Origin: Monocercomonoides exilis PA203
Lineage: Eukaryota > Protista > Preaxostyla
Assembly (NCBI GenBank): GCA_001643675.2
Contig: LSRY02000036.1
Location: forward strand, 682,001 to 746,000
Direction of reading: 5' to 3'
Length of the DNA: 64,000 nt
The notes beneath the pieces were generated by a model. That model ran no database searches. It had not been told where the DNA came from and saw only the letters and a program-made list of their open reading frames with translations. Below are positions 22,101-31,724 of this stretch, in pieces. Made by a program: the position numbers and the translations under genes. Within the stretch, counting starts at the first letter, position 1, and each line of letters starts with the position of its first letter.

Positions 22101-24157
22101 TATCCAGATACAAATATATCCCTCCTCCCAATCCTTTCCTCCCATCAACATTTGCAGTTGCTGAACAATGAGAAAAGCACACTTTGGCCTCTTGTTCGTT
22201 TTTATCTCCTTTGCTTGAAGGCTCTTCAGTCACATTGCCAATGCTAAGACTTGATCCACTTTTCATCTGCACCCACAACCCCCCTCCATTCCCTCCCTCA
22301 CTTTTGCACGAGTTCATGCTCCCTTCTTTAAAGACAAAAGAGCAACCACTTTCAACAGTGCACTCGATTGCTCCCCCGTTTTGGTCTTTCACAGCAAAGT
22401 TCGAAATGCCAGATCGAATAATTTCTATTTTCTTGGCGCTTGTGGAAGAGATCAAACGAGAGGACATTATTCCTTCTGATGGAGTAATCGAAGAAATTAC
22501 ACAATCACTCATTTGAATTGAAGCCCTTTCAACCACTTCAAATAATCCTGATGCACAACTTGTTCCAATCCCAATCAGATTAACATTTTTCAATTTGGCT
22601 TCTGTGCTGCTTCCAGATAATGAGATTAATGGATTCTCACTCAGCGAGATCGAAGAAGCTGTGAAAGTTTCAATCGATAAGATTCCAGATTCAACAGACA
22701 AGAACAACAGTTCCAATACTTCTAAAGGATTTTGAAGAGAAAGTGAGCACTGAGACAAAGTCAGTTGCGAGGAAGACAAAATGAAAGTGGAACACTGTGA
22801 AAGGGAATAAGGAAGAGAAAAGATGAGTTTTGATAATTCTGTTTCAACACTTGCTGAAATCATCGCTGAATTGGATGTTGAACTTGAATCAGAAACTGTC
22901 CAGCCACTTTGATCATCATTTCCTCTGATTTCATGTTTCTGTCCAGCAAATGCCAATTCATCACTCATCAAAATCATTCCACTCACAACAACTTTCTTTT
23001 CTCCTGTTTGACGTGTGAGGGAGTGCTTCAAAGTCAGACATGGAAACTCTATAATTCCGCAGTGCGAATGGTCGAATGCTTCTGAATCGCTCACAAATAT
23101 TTCAGTTGGATCAGGAAGGAGATAAATACACAATGGAACAGCCAAGGTTGTATTTCCGTTGTTGAATCCTCTCACTCTGTCAGCAGACTCTGATGATGCT
23201 GTTACACACGTGATTTTTTGTGACTTTGTTGTTTCTTCCAGATTTGGCGAAAGAACAAAGATGTCTCTTCCACACTTGGCTGTGTTTGTTCCAAATGAAG
23301 AGGATATTAGGAAATTTAGATTATCATTCAACAACTGAAGAAGGATTCCTCCTCCAAGACCATTCACCACTGAGCAATAGCACTCATCAAAAATTCCACC
23401 TTTCACTTCCACTTCATTCTCCTCTCCTGCATACAACATCATCGATCCTCCATCAGCAGATGTTCTGCTTCCACATCCTTCAAAAGTGCTCGAATTCAGC
23501 TCAATGATTGCCTTGTCATTCGAAAACGACATTACTGCTGCTCCGCTTGAAGTTCTCTCAATTTCATCAAAGGTGCATTCGGATAGTGTCAATGACACTT
23601 CATTTGTTGAAGAAAATGAAACCAACGAAACAGCGGAGATAGTCTTTGCCCAGTTCACATTTTCCATCTGAAACACGCCATTCTGAATGTTTATCAGCTC
23701 TGCAGCAAATGCTGTATTTTCAGTTTGTTCGCTTCCAGCAGATATGTTCAGATTGCTTATATGCATCTCTCCAGCTCCAGTGATCTCAAATAGCCTTGAG
23801 GCTCGATTATTTGCAAATGCCGAGTAATGCACAAGTTCAAGGTCACTGATGGACAATTCACCTGTTGAGACTGAGAAAAGAGACAATCCAGTTGCCTCTA
23901 ATTCTGTCTGCACTGTCGTGCTCAAATCACTTTGACCATAAATCGTGATGGTGTTGGAGCAACAATCCACACCTTTGGTTTCTATGATCGTTCCTGTGAG
24001 AATCTCAATATCTTTCACAAATTCAGGAATAAGTTGAGTGAGGCAATGGCTAACAGTGTTGCATGGATAGCTTTCGTTGATTCCACATGCATATGTATCT
24101 TTGGCATTTTGTTGCGTTTGCACTGAGGAGACAAATCTGACTCTTCCACCATCATTC
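16169..24157 (-). repeat. Right arm of ~7.99-kb inverted repeat (palindrome)
   Basis: Mirror of 7519-15507, with spacer 15508-16168 (661 bp). Identity breaks at 24158 (codon CGG vs CTG in DKSEWL[R/L]NDGG). Confidence 0.97.
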
Positions 24158-25707
24158 CGAAGCCATTCACTTTTATCAGTTTCTGTTGCAAAGTCTGTTG
24201 AAACTCTGTATAAAGTTTGTCTTGTTGAATAACAACTTTTGTCAATGTTGTTTTCTTTTGAAAAGTGAAGAGACAAATCATGCCCCCATCTCCCTCCAGT
24301 ATTGTTGTGAAAAAAACAATAAAAAAATAATTGGCCAAAGTTTTTTGAGTTGATCAAAACTTCAACAGCTCCACCAACTGTCAAACAGCTGCAATCACAA
24401 AACAAGCAATTTGAAATTATCACTTTGTCTGTGCAATCCCAGTGTTCAATTGCTCCTGCAGAATCTCCGATAGCACAACATTCTTTGAAGCAGGAATTAA
24501 TAATGCACGATTTTTGCTTTTCTGTATTTGTTGGCCGAAATTCAATTGCTCCACCTTCATCTCCAGATGAGCAATTGGAAAATAAGCAATCATCAACTAA
24601 TGGCTGTTTTGCATATCGCACTGTAATACCACCGCCTCCTAAGTTCGTCGAACCCTTTGCGTTACAATGATAAAAGCTTGAATGGAGCACAATGCATTCA
24701 GAAATATTCAAAGCATATATTCCTCCTCCTCTTGTGGAAGAGGCACTGCAATTTGTAAAGGTTGAATTTTCCACCTTCAAAATTGCATCTTGATTGTCAT
24801 GAACATAAAGAGCACCTCCTTGTTCAGCAGTGCAATCAGTCCATTCACATAATGAAAACGATTGGCTGACAGTCAAATTCATTTGTCCTTTTTTGTTCAG
24901 ATTATTAATCTCTCTATTCCCGTTGATTATTGTTGTGTTTTTGCAGGCAAACGCCTGAGAAGAGTACGATCCGCTCGAAATCCCTCCTTCAAAAACATTC
25001 ACTGAAGAAAAAACAAGGCAGTTTTCCATTGTGCCCAAATAGCACGAATGTTTGCTGTTAAAGCAGCTGTTCTTGCCAGATTTTACTGATATGTTGTTGA
25101 AGGCACAGTCGTTGATCTGCTCGATGTGGCACATTCCAGATGCAAGAAAGTTGTCTGATGATGAAACAATGAAATTCGAAAAAATGGAATCTCTCAAAAC
25201 AACTAAAGACAACTGATCAGATGAAGAAACAAGACTGCAGGAACGAATGTTCTTTTTGGGGATTAAACTCAGGTTTGCAAAGCATATTGACCCACTTTGT
25301 AAATCGAATGGCGAATCATATTTTTTCCAGATAGAGCATCCATTTATCTGCACACTCGCATTTTCAGATATCCGCATAAATGGCAAAGACTTTAGCTTCA
25401 GCACCAGATTTGCCAATCCAACTGAAGAGTTGAATGCTCCAAAAAAAGAATAAACTGAAGAAGATGCACATTTCTCCAATCCTTTTTCCACTGGGAAAAA
25501 ATTATTATCGATTGCCTTTGTTTTGTCCACTTCTGTGTGAAAGCGCCCATTACCTCGCTTGTTTTGATTCAGATGAGTACGGGAATAATCCAAAGATGAC
25601 TCTGAATAAGTGTCCTTCTTTGTAGATGGAGGAAATTGCATGGTGTCACGTGTATGGAAAACTGTGGTGATTATCAAACATGCAAAGAAAGATAAATGCA
25701 TGTTCAT
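16594..25707 (-). CDS. Giant intronless membrane receptor-like protein B (~3037 aa); identical to protein A from NDGGRVRF to the C-terminus, different N-terminal ~520 aa
   Basis: The track ORF 16594-25713 starts at a TTG; the first ATG is at 25707 (MNMHLSFFACLIITTVFH, signal-peptide-like). Same modules, TM (~17917-17991) and pseudokinase tail as gene A. Confidence 0.9.
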   Translation of the reverse strand: MNMHLSFFACLIITTVFHTRDTMQFPPSTKKDTYSESSLDYSRTHLNQNKRGNGRFHTEVDKTKAIDNNFFPVEKGLEKCASSSVYSFFGAFNSSVGLANLVLKLKSLPFMRISENASVQINGCSIWKKYDSPFDLQSGSICFANLSLIPKKNIRSCSLVSSSDQLSLVVLRDSIFSNFIVSSSDNFLASGMCHIEQINDCAFNNISVKSGKNSCFNSKHSCYLGTMENCLVFSSVNVFEGGISSGSYSSQAFACKNTTIINGNREINNLNKKGQMNLTVSQSFSLCEWTDCTAEQGGALYVHDNQDAILKVENSTFTNCSASSTRGGGIYALNISECIVLHSSFYHCNAKGSTNLGGGGITVRYAKQPLVDDCLFSNCSSGDEGGAIEFRPTNTEKQKSCIINSCFKECCAIGDSAGAIEHWDCTDKVIISNCLFCDCSCLTVGGAVEVLINSKNFGQLFFYCFFHNNTGGRWGHDLSLHFSKENNIDKSCYSTRQTLYRVSTDFATETDKSEWLRNDGGRVRFVSSVQTQQNAKDTYACGINESYPCNTVSHCLTQLIPEFVKDIEILTGTIIETKGVDCCSNTITIYGQSDLSTTVQTELEATGLSLFSVSTGELSISDLELVHYSAFANNRASRLFEITGAGEMHISNLNISAGSEQTENTAFAAELINIQNGVFQMENVNWAKTISAVSLVSFSSTNEVSLTLSECTFDEIERTSSGAAVMSFSNDKAIIELNSSTFEGCGSRTSADGGSMMLYAGEENEVEVKGGIFDECYCSVVNGLGGGILLQLLNDNLNFLISSSFGTNTAKCGRDIFVLSPNLEETTKSQKITCVTASSESADRVRGFNNGNTTLAVPLCIYLLPDPTEIFVSDSEAFDHSHCGIIEFPCLTLKHSLTRQTGEKKVVVSGMILMSDELAFAGQKHEIRGNDDQSGWTVSDSSSTSNSAMISASVETELSKLIFSLPYSLSQCSTFILSSSQLTLSQCSLSLQNPLEVLELLFLSVESGILSIETFTASSISLSENPLISLSGSSTEAKLKNVNLIGIGTSCASGLFEVVERASIQMSDCVISSITPSEGIMSSRLISSTSAKKIEIIRSGISNFAVKDQNGGAIECTVESGCSFVFKEGSMNSCKSEGGNGGGLWVQMKSGSSLSIGNVTEEPSSKGDKNEQEAKVCFSHCSATANVDGRKGLGGGIYLYLDNGASNFVLKSMIFDECSGRKGKDVFLNAFDLRDAANSATFCFDADVNGLDKLNGFERSTTNEEYEIPLVVYLWNNFTSPCHVGGEDAHDFSGCGHAQVPCSTITNAVGFRFSNKNKSIKLHSPFSFGEELKMGSNEWSVTGEGNSSNYEIGAGISGSQRGVFETRCPTTFGKVVFSVAERIGSYESIFHCISNKLIIQDCGIIASENDLDVSFVKIEGGEVTISNVFGIGIKWQTSAIICDGGSEVVPSIEIGESNFSGNSEQNGCLIECKSVKFLNATKCDITEMDRAAGCGGCISVDNSNIENENIQINIEECVFDGCSVLSDGGKGGAIFAQMKGNTQLNIISSTFTGCAAPAGEAKTGFGGGIALKLVDGDSSFVISSPAFDVDNPNTAKYGNDLFVESSNLTKSITNTSLPFVSGHLADISLNSMSGFDENDTINAIPLVYFWRAFGSELFIGSEGRDVCICGLSDYPCLSIDYSLERMLEGNERIISVIGKAILQKSVDVSGLSIRSNNTIMCALECNSSLEGTEGTAMKIQGITNFELINFVVPSSFTSGVDVLLHIGSSEGLLTLKDCSFSKNEESREEEMINFVLIEADGGIIVLEFVAIQSLCFSKDIISVHPTTILNMKNLTMKNIELEGASGLGMSKSSRREKNEVEQDVVIEWSSFEEVTQNATDDIPIIRNDNDEPLKMVVRNTTMKRCGGSKCEKGGGMFSVLNEGGRVDCSFCTISECFCSTTGRGGWLFLECTSTAEQPLNFVLSNITFRDNSAFRGRDVYVRCHSIESQIVDEQFLLDFRLPFVKELAIWGCTTDSFVGEEDLLLRVVKYQSETIFVSAITDNHADSKQCGEFNAPCESLNVGVKHIVPSRFSQLMIMEQAAIVGACSVQDVSIRSLQSPSSAFAYLNSTIADDEESIFTTSERVRIENVKFNFCQSFSYSGSSVIREANGQLSLLFVDFSSVGQSESIESVVLNSTLFSIENGILHVDNCSISMLSSKKPSFLFCGEEISLTNVKLEHIEATTNVFEIGNCGSVALNGIVVNEVKLMEGCIVSINDSTSGTVSITISSFNNCSRNSEGASILSASSSSAQIVLSNCSYSSCISKSEEGSMMKIGNAIDASMRMCEFEGLLTKERKSERINSFEEICEWNGSLVHSSNSTIAMKDVSISNSSLGGLSISSGNVTIEKGEFFGNNPFIAKYPSLCRNIICSDSASLTISSLKGGDGVMPNSSLWILDDGCSLEGMAGERASPFFIPKLEGASASENGGGTEIQFKGALLLPCDLSFRLILSAGETDLIETYHFEEDGFASETEAVGMVPSRNLSSIPDETEVSVMIVYGKRLSATDAFVLKNRSEPKANGEERIVEGGKEGKSYWLLIVIVMSIILLIVLIGFILFIVRWKKVKNEAEDLREIVNDNIRKDPKAFEMVTMEMSPEEQWRRAEREAEKKNDERIKKRVYAKSLGHSESSEHLLSESGSTEYILGRDSDKIPDWALEKVEEEKDDVSRKRTPSPSVSSASTTDTSDTESTFVRGEDLCPTTSSMSNLVDAMACSSPHEKLIVDLRDSLFMLLHGRNEKKEMAIGTLKEREQTAAQILFWVANGALHSFDEMENPLQSLANLSPHIVLFSEHMVICIVMHSDLLSDDDSDSSSISSSTVATSASDDDEEEDDSLPSSAFEDEDDNFKKECLRWKAPELQMNKKMGATEKSVAFSVGMMLWECLTLQIPFGEYEAEAAGQKIANGEMPNVGLVKDTPYLEFWRLCISWNEADRPSLSGMKRELIGHFPAGAVMVTLTDAICDSLRDEDEEEEEEEEEEEEEEEDGMSESISKEEGRKSRKYL

Positions 25708-26379
25708 CTCCAAAAATATATTCTTTTCCTCTCAAAAAAAAATGTGTATTGCTCTCGATCATAAAACCAAATTTTATTCAAAACGAGATCATTGATTTGA
25801 AGGAAATAAATAAGGGGGTTTGCCTGTAGTTGGAAATGAAACGAAGGCTGCAAAAGAACGATGGATAAATTTATAAAATTTTCCAAATCTTTTGAATTTT
25901 AAGAAGATGATTGCTCAGTCATCCTTCTGAAGCAGATGAATTTTTTTTCATTTTTCTAATTGGATGAAACTCATCAAAAACAAAAGTGTCACGCTTCCAA
26001 TGAACTCAAGCAAATATCTCCTTTCGTAAATGAAAGGCTTTCCATGCTCTTCTTCAATTTTTGGCTTGACTCCATATTGAAAATGCGGAAAGTCAAAAAA
26101 TATCTCGTTTCTCAAATGTATTTCCAGGTTCAATCACTTATTCTTCTTCTTACAGGTTCTTTTGGAAAGTGTAATTCATTTTCCTGTTTGTGATCGTTTG
26201 TCACCAAAGATGAGATTTTGCTTCTCTCATAATGCTGCTCCTTGTGCTTGCTCAATAATGAATGAAAAGAAAAATACTCGAAAAAATTAAATGGATTAAA
26301 ATACAGAAAAAAGAAGAATAAAAATAATTATCTTCCAAATTCTCAACAAAAAAAAATTAAAATAATTCATTCTTTTTAT

Positions 26380-27650
26380 CATACAATGAAGAAATCCAAC
26401 AACACAATCTTTTTTTCATTCCTCTTCCAACTTTGCGGTCAACTTATTTTTCCCTTTCCTTTCTTTCTGCTTCCTCTTCTTTTTTTTTCTCATCTTTTTT
26501 TTCGATCCTTCACAAAGTCCTCTGAAAAATCACAATGAATTTTTGGTTTGTGTGCTATCCACATTCACTTGATTCATTTCCTCGAAGCAACTCCATGTCT
26601 CCGCCTTTCTGTTAGTCTTCAACTTCCACAGCCTTGTTTCTCGCTGCACTTCAAAGAAAAAAAAAGCATTTCTTGTTTATTTCTTTGTTGTTTCCATTCG
26701 CTGCTCGAAATAACCCCGAAGCACATCCAATAACCACAGTATGTTCTTCATTCTGAATGCTGCATGAACAAAAAAAACAAATGTCCAATACTTTTTCCAT
26801 CTCTTAAAATCAATCTCTCCTTTTCTTTTCACTGCTCTTTCACTTCTTCTTTTCTCTTCCAATTCACTTTCTCTTTAAACTCGTTAAGCTCGGTTGTTTC
26901 CTCTTCCCTCAAATGCAGCTCGTTCATAATTGCTCTTTTCGAACTTCCATCGATGTTAAAATGATTTTTCAGCATTCTCCAAGCTGATTTAGATTAAAGA
27001 CGTGTTAATTTATGATTTTTAATGGGGAAATTGTGTGAATTTAGAAATGTCTTCGAAAAACAATTCTTTTTCAGCATTCCATCCAATGATTATAACAAAG
27101 CATAAAATAATGTTTAAAAGCATTCGCACACCTCCAAATTCAAAATGTTGCACAAAGTCAGAAATTCTATTTCCACATCTTTTTGGGTTTCTTCTTTTTG
27201 ATCTTTGCTGGGCACGGCTTTCAAAAGGCAATGCACATTTGTTGAAATCAATTCATGTGAGTAGTTGCAACCAGAGAAATATAGCATTTGCAAAAACCAA
27301 CAAGAAGCTTTTCGTTCTTTTCTTCTTCTTCTTTCGAATCTTCATCAAAAAGTATATGCTTGATTCTTTCGCAAGGAAAAAATTGCCAAATGATAAAAAA
27401 AAGATAATTCTGCTCAGCACTTAAAAAATATCTTATGTGCTTCAATTACAGAATTGCACGTTCCACTGACAATTTCTTTTCTGCAATCATTTTGAGTGCT
27501 TCGTTGAATGGCTCTTCTGTTTTAAAAAATCAACAAAATTCAGCCTATCCATTTCGTCCATATGTTAACTTCATTCCACTATTTTCTGTTTCTGCTCAAT
27601 TTCAGTTCAATGTTTCTGTTCTTTTGAAAATTCTTCAAAAAATATCAAAT
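26380..27650 (-). pseudogene. Decayed copy of a high-copy, charged helical uncharacterised protein family that I recall from Monocercomonoides
   Basis: Fragments in shifting frames: EQKQKIVE, EEEEKNEKLLVGFCKCYISL, VHCLLKAV..KEETQKDVEI, AIMNELHLREE..ELNEFKEKVNWKRKEE, KLEEE. They match, in order, my memory of that family's consensus (EKNEKLLVDLCECY, PCLLKVAL, NELHFARE, VDWKRKEE). Many stops and frameshifts. Not verified by search. Confidence 0.55.
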
Positions 27651-28071
27651 ATGTTGTTCATCAATTCAAAAATTTTAAATTCCAAAAATGTTTGTATATC
27701 TAAAACCTTTTTCTTGGTTCTCGTTATGTGCGCAATTGTCATAACATAGTAACCAGAAAACAACACTATTTTTCTATTTTAATGGAATAGGAATATCTTG
27801 AGTAAAAAAAAATGATAGAAAATGAAAACAACGCATACACTTGAAAACATATGTTTTGACGTTATTCTATATATATATATGAGCATTGTTGACAAGTGAT
27901 TACCGAGAAAAACAATGCTTTATCTTTTCAGGTTTTTTGTAATGGAAGCTTCGATCCATGATTTCAAAGAAATTCTTCCATTCTGTTTTTGAGGTAATAA
28001 AGCTTTTTTTGTGTTGAGGAAGAGGGTTCACAGCGAATTGTTTGCTATTTATCTTCAAGAATTATAAAATT

Positions 28072-29576
28072 AGTTGGCAGATAACCCCGGCAAATAATTA
28101 TTAATAGAAAAAAGTTATTAAAAAATGAAATTATGAAATGTTCTATGTGCGTAAAAGAAAAAACTTAATCGAAAGTGAAAATTCTGCACTTCAAGTTATC
28201 AATCAAGTGGGTTTTGTTGATGGAAGCTTCGCAACCTTCAACAGGAGATGTTTAACTGAGGCTTTTCATGACAATTTCAGGATTAAAGGGCCAAATGCCG
28301 GAATCTCTGAAAGATGCTACGATGGTGGAAGGCTTCAACGCTTCTGATAATGCTTCCTTTAGTGTTTTGACGAAGTTGGATCTGTTTGATGATGCATTGC
28401 TTCGCACAAAGTCTGTTTCAGAAGTACAAATAATTTTCTTTATGTTTGCATAGATATTTTTATCTAATGGCTGGACGACGTGCGAGGCGTGCGATGGAGG
28501 AAATACAATATCGATCCTATTTTCCTTTGCAGGTTCTAAACGTCTTTGTTCCTGTGGGTTGTTGCACCATCCATATGCAGGCATGCATGAAAGTTTGATA
28601 ATCCCATTAGGTTTCTTCTTTTTTGAATGGAATTAACAACAACTAATTTGAATAGGTCAAGTTTTAGGGGGAATCCATTTCTTTCTTTGTGGTGGCAGTG
28701 AAAACAAAGTTGTCGGAGTTGGCCTGTGCATGTTCCTGAGGAAGAAATGTAGAATGGCTGATTACAGAAGTCTAGCAATACCCTCCATCAGCAGAAATAA
28801 GAAAAAGCAAAGAAATTGATGGAGGAAATTGTGCTTCTTGAGAAATTGGACTGGGACAATCTGGCAAAGTTATTATCTTTGTTGATTCAGTTGTGTCTCC
28901 TTTAATATACGTTTCATCAAGATAAAATATTAATTGTGGCGTATATTTCTTCTTATATAATTCTTCCAACTCTTCAAAAAAAGGACGCAAAATGATCCTT
29001 GTTGACTGTTCGATTCTGTTTATTGGAAGTTTTGCAGGCTTTTAAAATGAAGATCCTTTTATTTTGGAAATATAAGAATAACCCCACTTTTTATTCACAG
29101 TCTTTTTATTAATGCTTTCGTCCTTTTTTGAAGAAGAAATGAAACTAGCCTATTTCGAAAAAAAAAATAATTAAATAATAGAAATAATAGCATTCAAACT
29201 GCATTTTAACATTGCTTTGCAGTTGTTCCATTAAGATGGTGAAAAGCATTTTTATTGGCATTGATATTCCATCGAGATACTTTTTTCTGATTTTCCTGGG
29301 TCTTCCATTTATTCCGACGTCTCTATGTTCATTTTTCTCCTTAACAGCTCTGCAGTGTGCACTCTTCTAATTCTAACCCACCTTGAATACATCTGATGCT
29401 CTGAAACCTTCTTTTACAATTATTTTCTGAATTCTTTGCTGACTTGTTGAATTCTTTCTATATTCAGACGAAGAAGGAAAAGATATAAATCTGCGAAGGT
29501 TCAATTTCTCTCGGTGTTTCATCATAACAACACATAAAGGGGGTGATCATAAAGAAAAAATCCCGGGTTGTCAGCT
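28072..29576 (-). mobile_element. Decayed pogo/Fot1-like (Tc1-mariner superfamily, DDE_1) DNA transposon
   Basis: Minus-strand fragments IFYLDET, NGF, HMDGATTH, FPPSHASHVVQPLDKNIYANIK and IVASFRDSGIWPFNPE match DDE_1 motifs. Restoring one frameshift gives DD35D spacing. Stops and frameshifts lie near 28772, ~28680 and 28536. The ends are tentative (degenerate gcagataaccccgg / cccgggttgtcagc). Confidence 0.8.
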
Positions 29577-29703
29577 TTTTCACGTATTATCAACCAACAA
29601 ATATATTTTTTTAAAACTGTATTTTTGGATGAATAAATTCTCGAATAGGAGTATTATTTTAATAAAAATCAAAATTTCACTGTGGTTTTTAAGCAAATAT
29701 AAT

Positions 29704-29706
<3 letters not shown>

Positions 29707-29771
<65 letters not shown>
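29707..29771 (+). repeat. ~65-nt poly(A) tract
   Basis: Directly visible homopolymer. Confidence 0.95.
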
Positions 29772-29773
<2 letters not shown>

Positions 29774-30381
29774 ATTAATGAACATATGCATAAGATAAAT
29801 AAGAGAGATACAAACTATTCGGCTTTTTTTTTTCATGGGACGAAATTTTTAACTTTTTGAATTTTGTTCCACATGGAACTTTCTTAGAATTTCCTCGATT
29901 TTTAAATATTTCAATATTATATTTGCAAGAAATTGTCAAAAAAAATTTTTTTTTTTGCGATTGTTGAAATTGTTTGAAACTAATTTTTGTTTGTTTCATA
30001 AATGGAAGTATTCTGCTCCTAATGTCGTAAATTTTTTTTATTCATTCGTTGTTTCTGTTGAATAATTTTCGTGATTTTTTTTTGTTTGAGATATCCAATA
30101 CTTTTCACGTTCATCAGTTATTTATATTTTCATGTCAAAATTCAGTGCGCCACTCATGAAAAAAATAAATCATCTATTTGAAAAACAGAAAGAATGAAAT
30201 TTGAAAAATTCAATCAGTTAGCTTTATTTTTTTATCGTTATTTCCATCATAATCAAATTTATTATCGTTTGATAAAATTACTGACATTTCAAAGAAGAAA
30301 AAAAAAATATAAACACATATTTTTTCCAAAAACGCAAGTGTTTTAAAAAAAAATTCTATTTATGAAACAGTCTGATAAAAA

Positions 30382-31583
30382 TCACAAATCTTCCATTTTT
30401 TTATGGTCAACTTTCTTCAATGATTTTTTTCCTCCTCTTTTCCCTCCTTTTTTCTTTCTTTCTTTCTCCCTCTCCCTTTCCTTTTCCTGATATTCGCTCA
30501 ACACTTTTGGAACAGGTTTCGGGGTTCTCACAATTATATCTTTTTTCAGCTCCGGGTTTCTTTCTGCAGCTCTAATAATTTCCCTTAATCTATTTCTCCT
30601 CTTCAACACAGAATAAAGCTCTCTCCATTTTTGCTCTCGCCTTCTTCTCTTCTGCTTTTCATCGTCTCCCCATCTGTTTCTCCGCTCTTCTTCCGCTATC
30701 TTTCTCTCTCTCTCAGCTTCAGAATACCCCTCTGCTCCAGCCTTTTCGAGTTCATGATTCATCCAACCATACGGAAGTGAATGATCTTTCTTCTTTGCCC
30801 ATTTATCCTCTTTTTTGTGATACCTTCCAAATCGTCGATCTTCTTTCTCTTCTCTATCGATATCTGCCTGAATTTCTTCTTTCGTCATCTTTTTTCTACG
30901 CTTCTCATTGATCATTTCCCGTTCTTTCCATTCTGCATTTTCGCTCAAACGATGCAAACGACGTTTGTAGTACGCAGAAAAATTTCTAGGATAATGATCT
31001 AATAATTCTACATCCATCGTCAGAGAAACAAATCCAGGAATACCATCTCCTCCACCTCTCATTCCATATCCCAAAGAAGGAGGAATATGAAGTCGACGAA
31101 TCTCTCCAACACACATCCCAAGGATGCCCTAAAATAAAAATTATCAATAATGAATAAAAATTATTAGAGAAAAAATGAATCAAACCCAATCAAGACCTTT
31201 TTGAATTGAGAAATTTGTTGGCACAACGAAAGTTAAACTATTTAAATTCACAAAAGAAGAAATAGTATATAAAAACCTTGAATGACGTCTCCGTATCCAG
31301 CTCGAAATATGTGCGATTCTGTGCTGTTTGTACCAGTTAAAAGTTTTCGTGTTGTGAAAAGTGATATGTTATATGCAATCTCAGAAAATAATATAAGAAT
31401 ATTTTCAATAAAGATATAACACAGAATTTAGCTTCATACCTCAACTTCATCGAATAATTTAACTCGTTGTTCACAATCCTCAACTTCCTTTAACACTCCA
31501 ATTTCAAGTTTTGTCGGAGGCTTTCTTCGAGTAACAGTTGCATAATTTAATATTATAATTGATAGGGCAAATATCCAACCCAT
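30382..31583 (-). CDS. Secretory-pathway FKBP-type peptidyl-prolyl isomerase with long charged C-terminal tail; exons 31583-31440, 31379-31277, 31196-31186 (11-nt microexon), 31128-30382
   Basis: Signal-like start MGWIFALSIIILNYA. The spliced product reads [47 protein letters not shown], the FKBP consensus. Exon phases are consistent (144, 103, 11, 747 nt). The protein ends in ...KKMEDL. Confidence 0.88.
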
Positions 31584-31724
31584 GATACTGGGTAATAAAT
31601 GGAAAACACAAAATTTTAATTGTTTTCTGATCAAATAACCCTTGAATAACCACATTTTCGAAATGAATTAATTTTAAGATCAAAATAGAAAATCGATTAT
31701 TTCACTTTATACTTTTTGACATTG

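Noticed and set aside
7519-24157. Giant TIR transposon (Polinton-like) or invertase-driven shufflon
   Set aside because: The arms are host receptor coding sequence, and no integrase, polymerase or recombinase is encoded within or beside them. Inversion between the arms would flip only the spacer and would not swap the heads.
6056-25707. Diversity-generating retroelement or CRISPR-like array
   Set aside because: There is no reverse transcriptase, no adenine-specific template/variable repeat pair and no repeat-spacer array.
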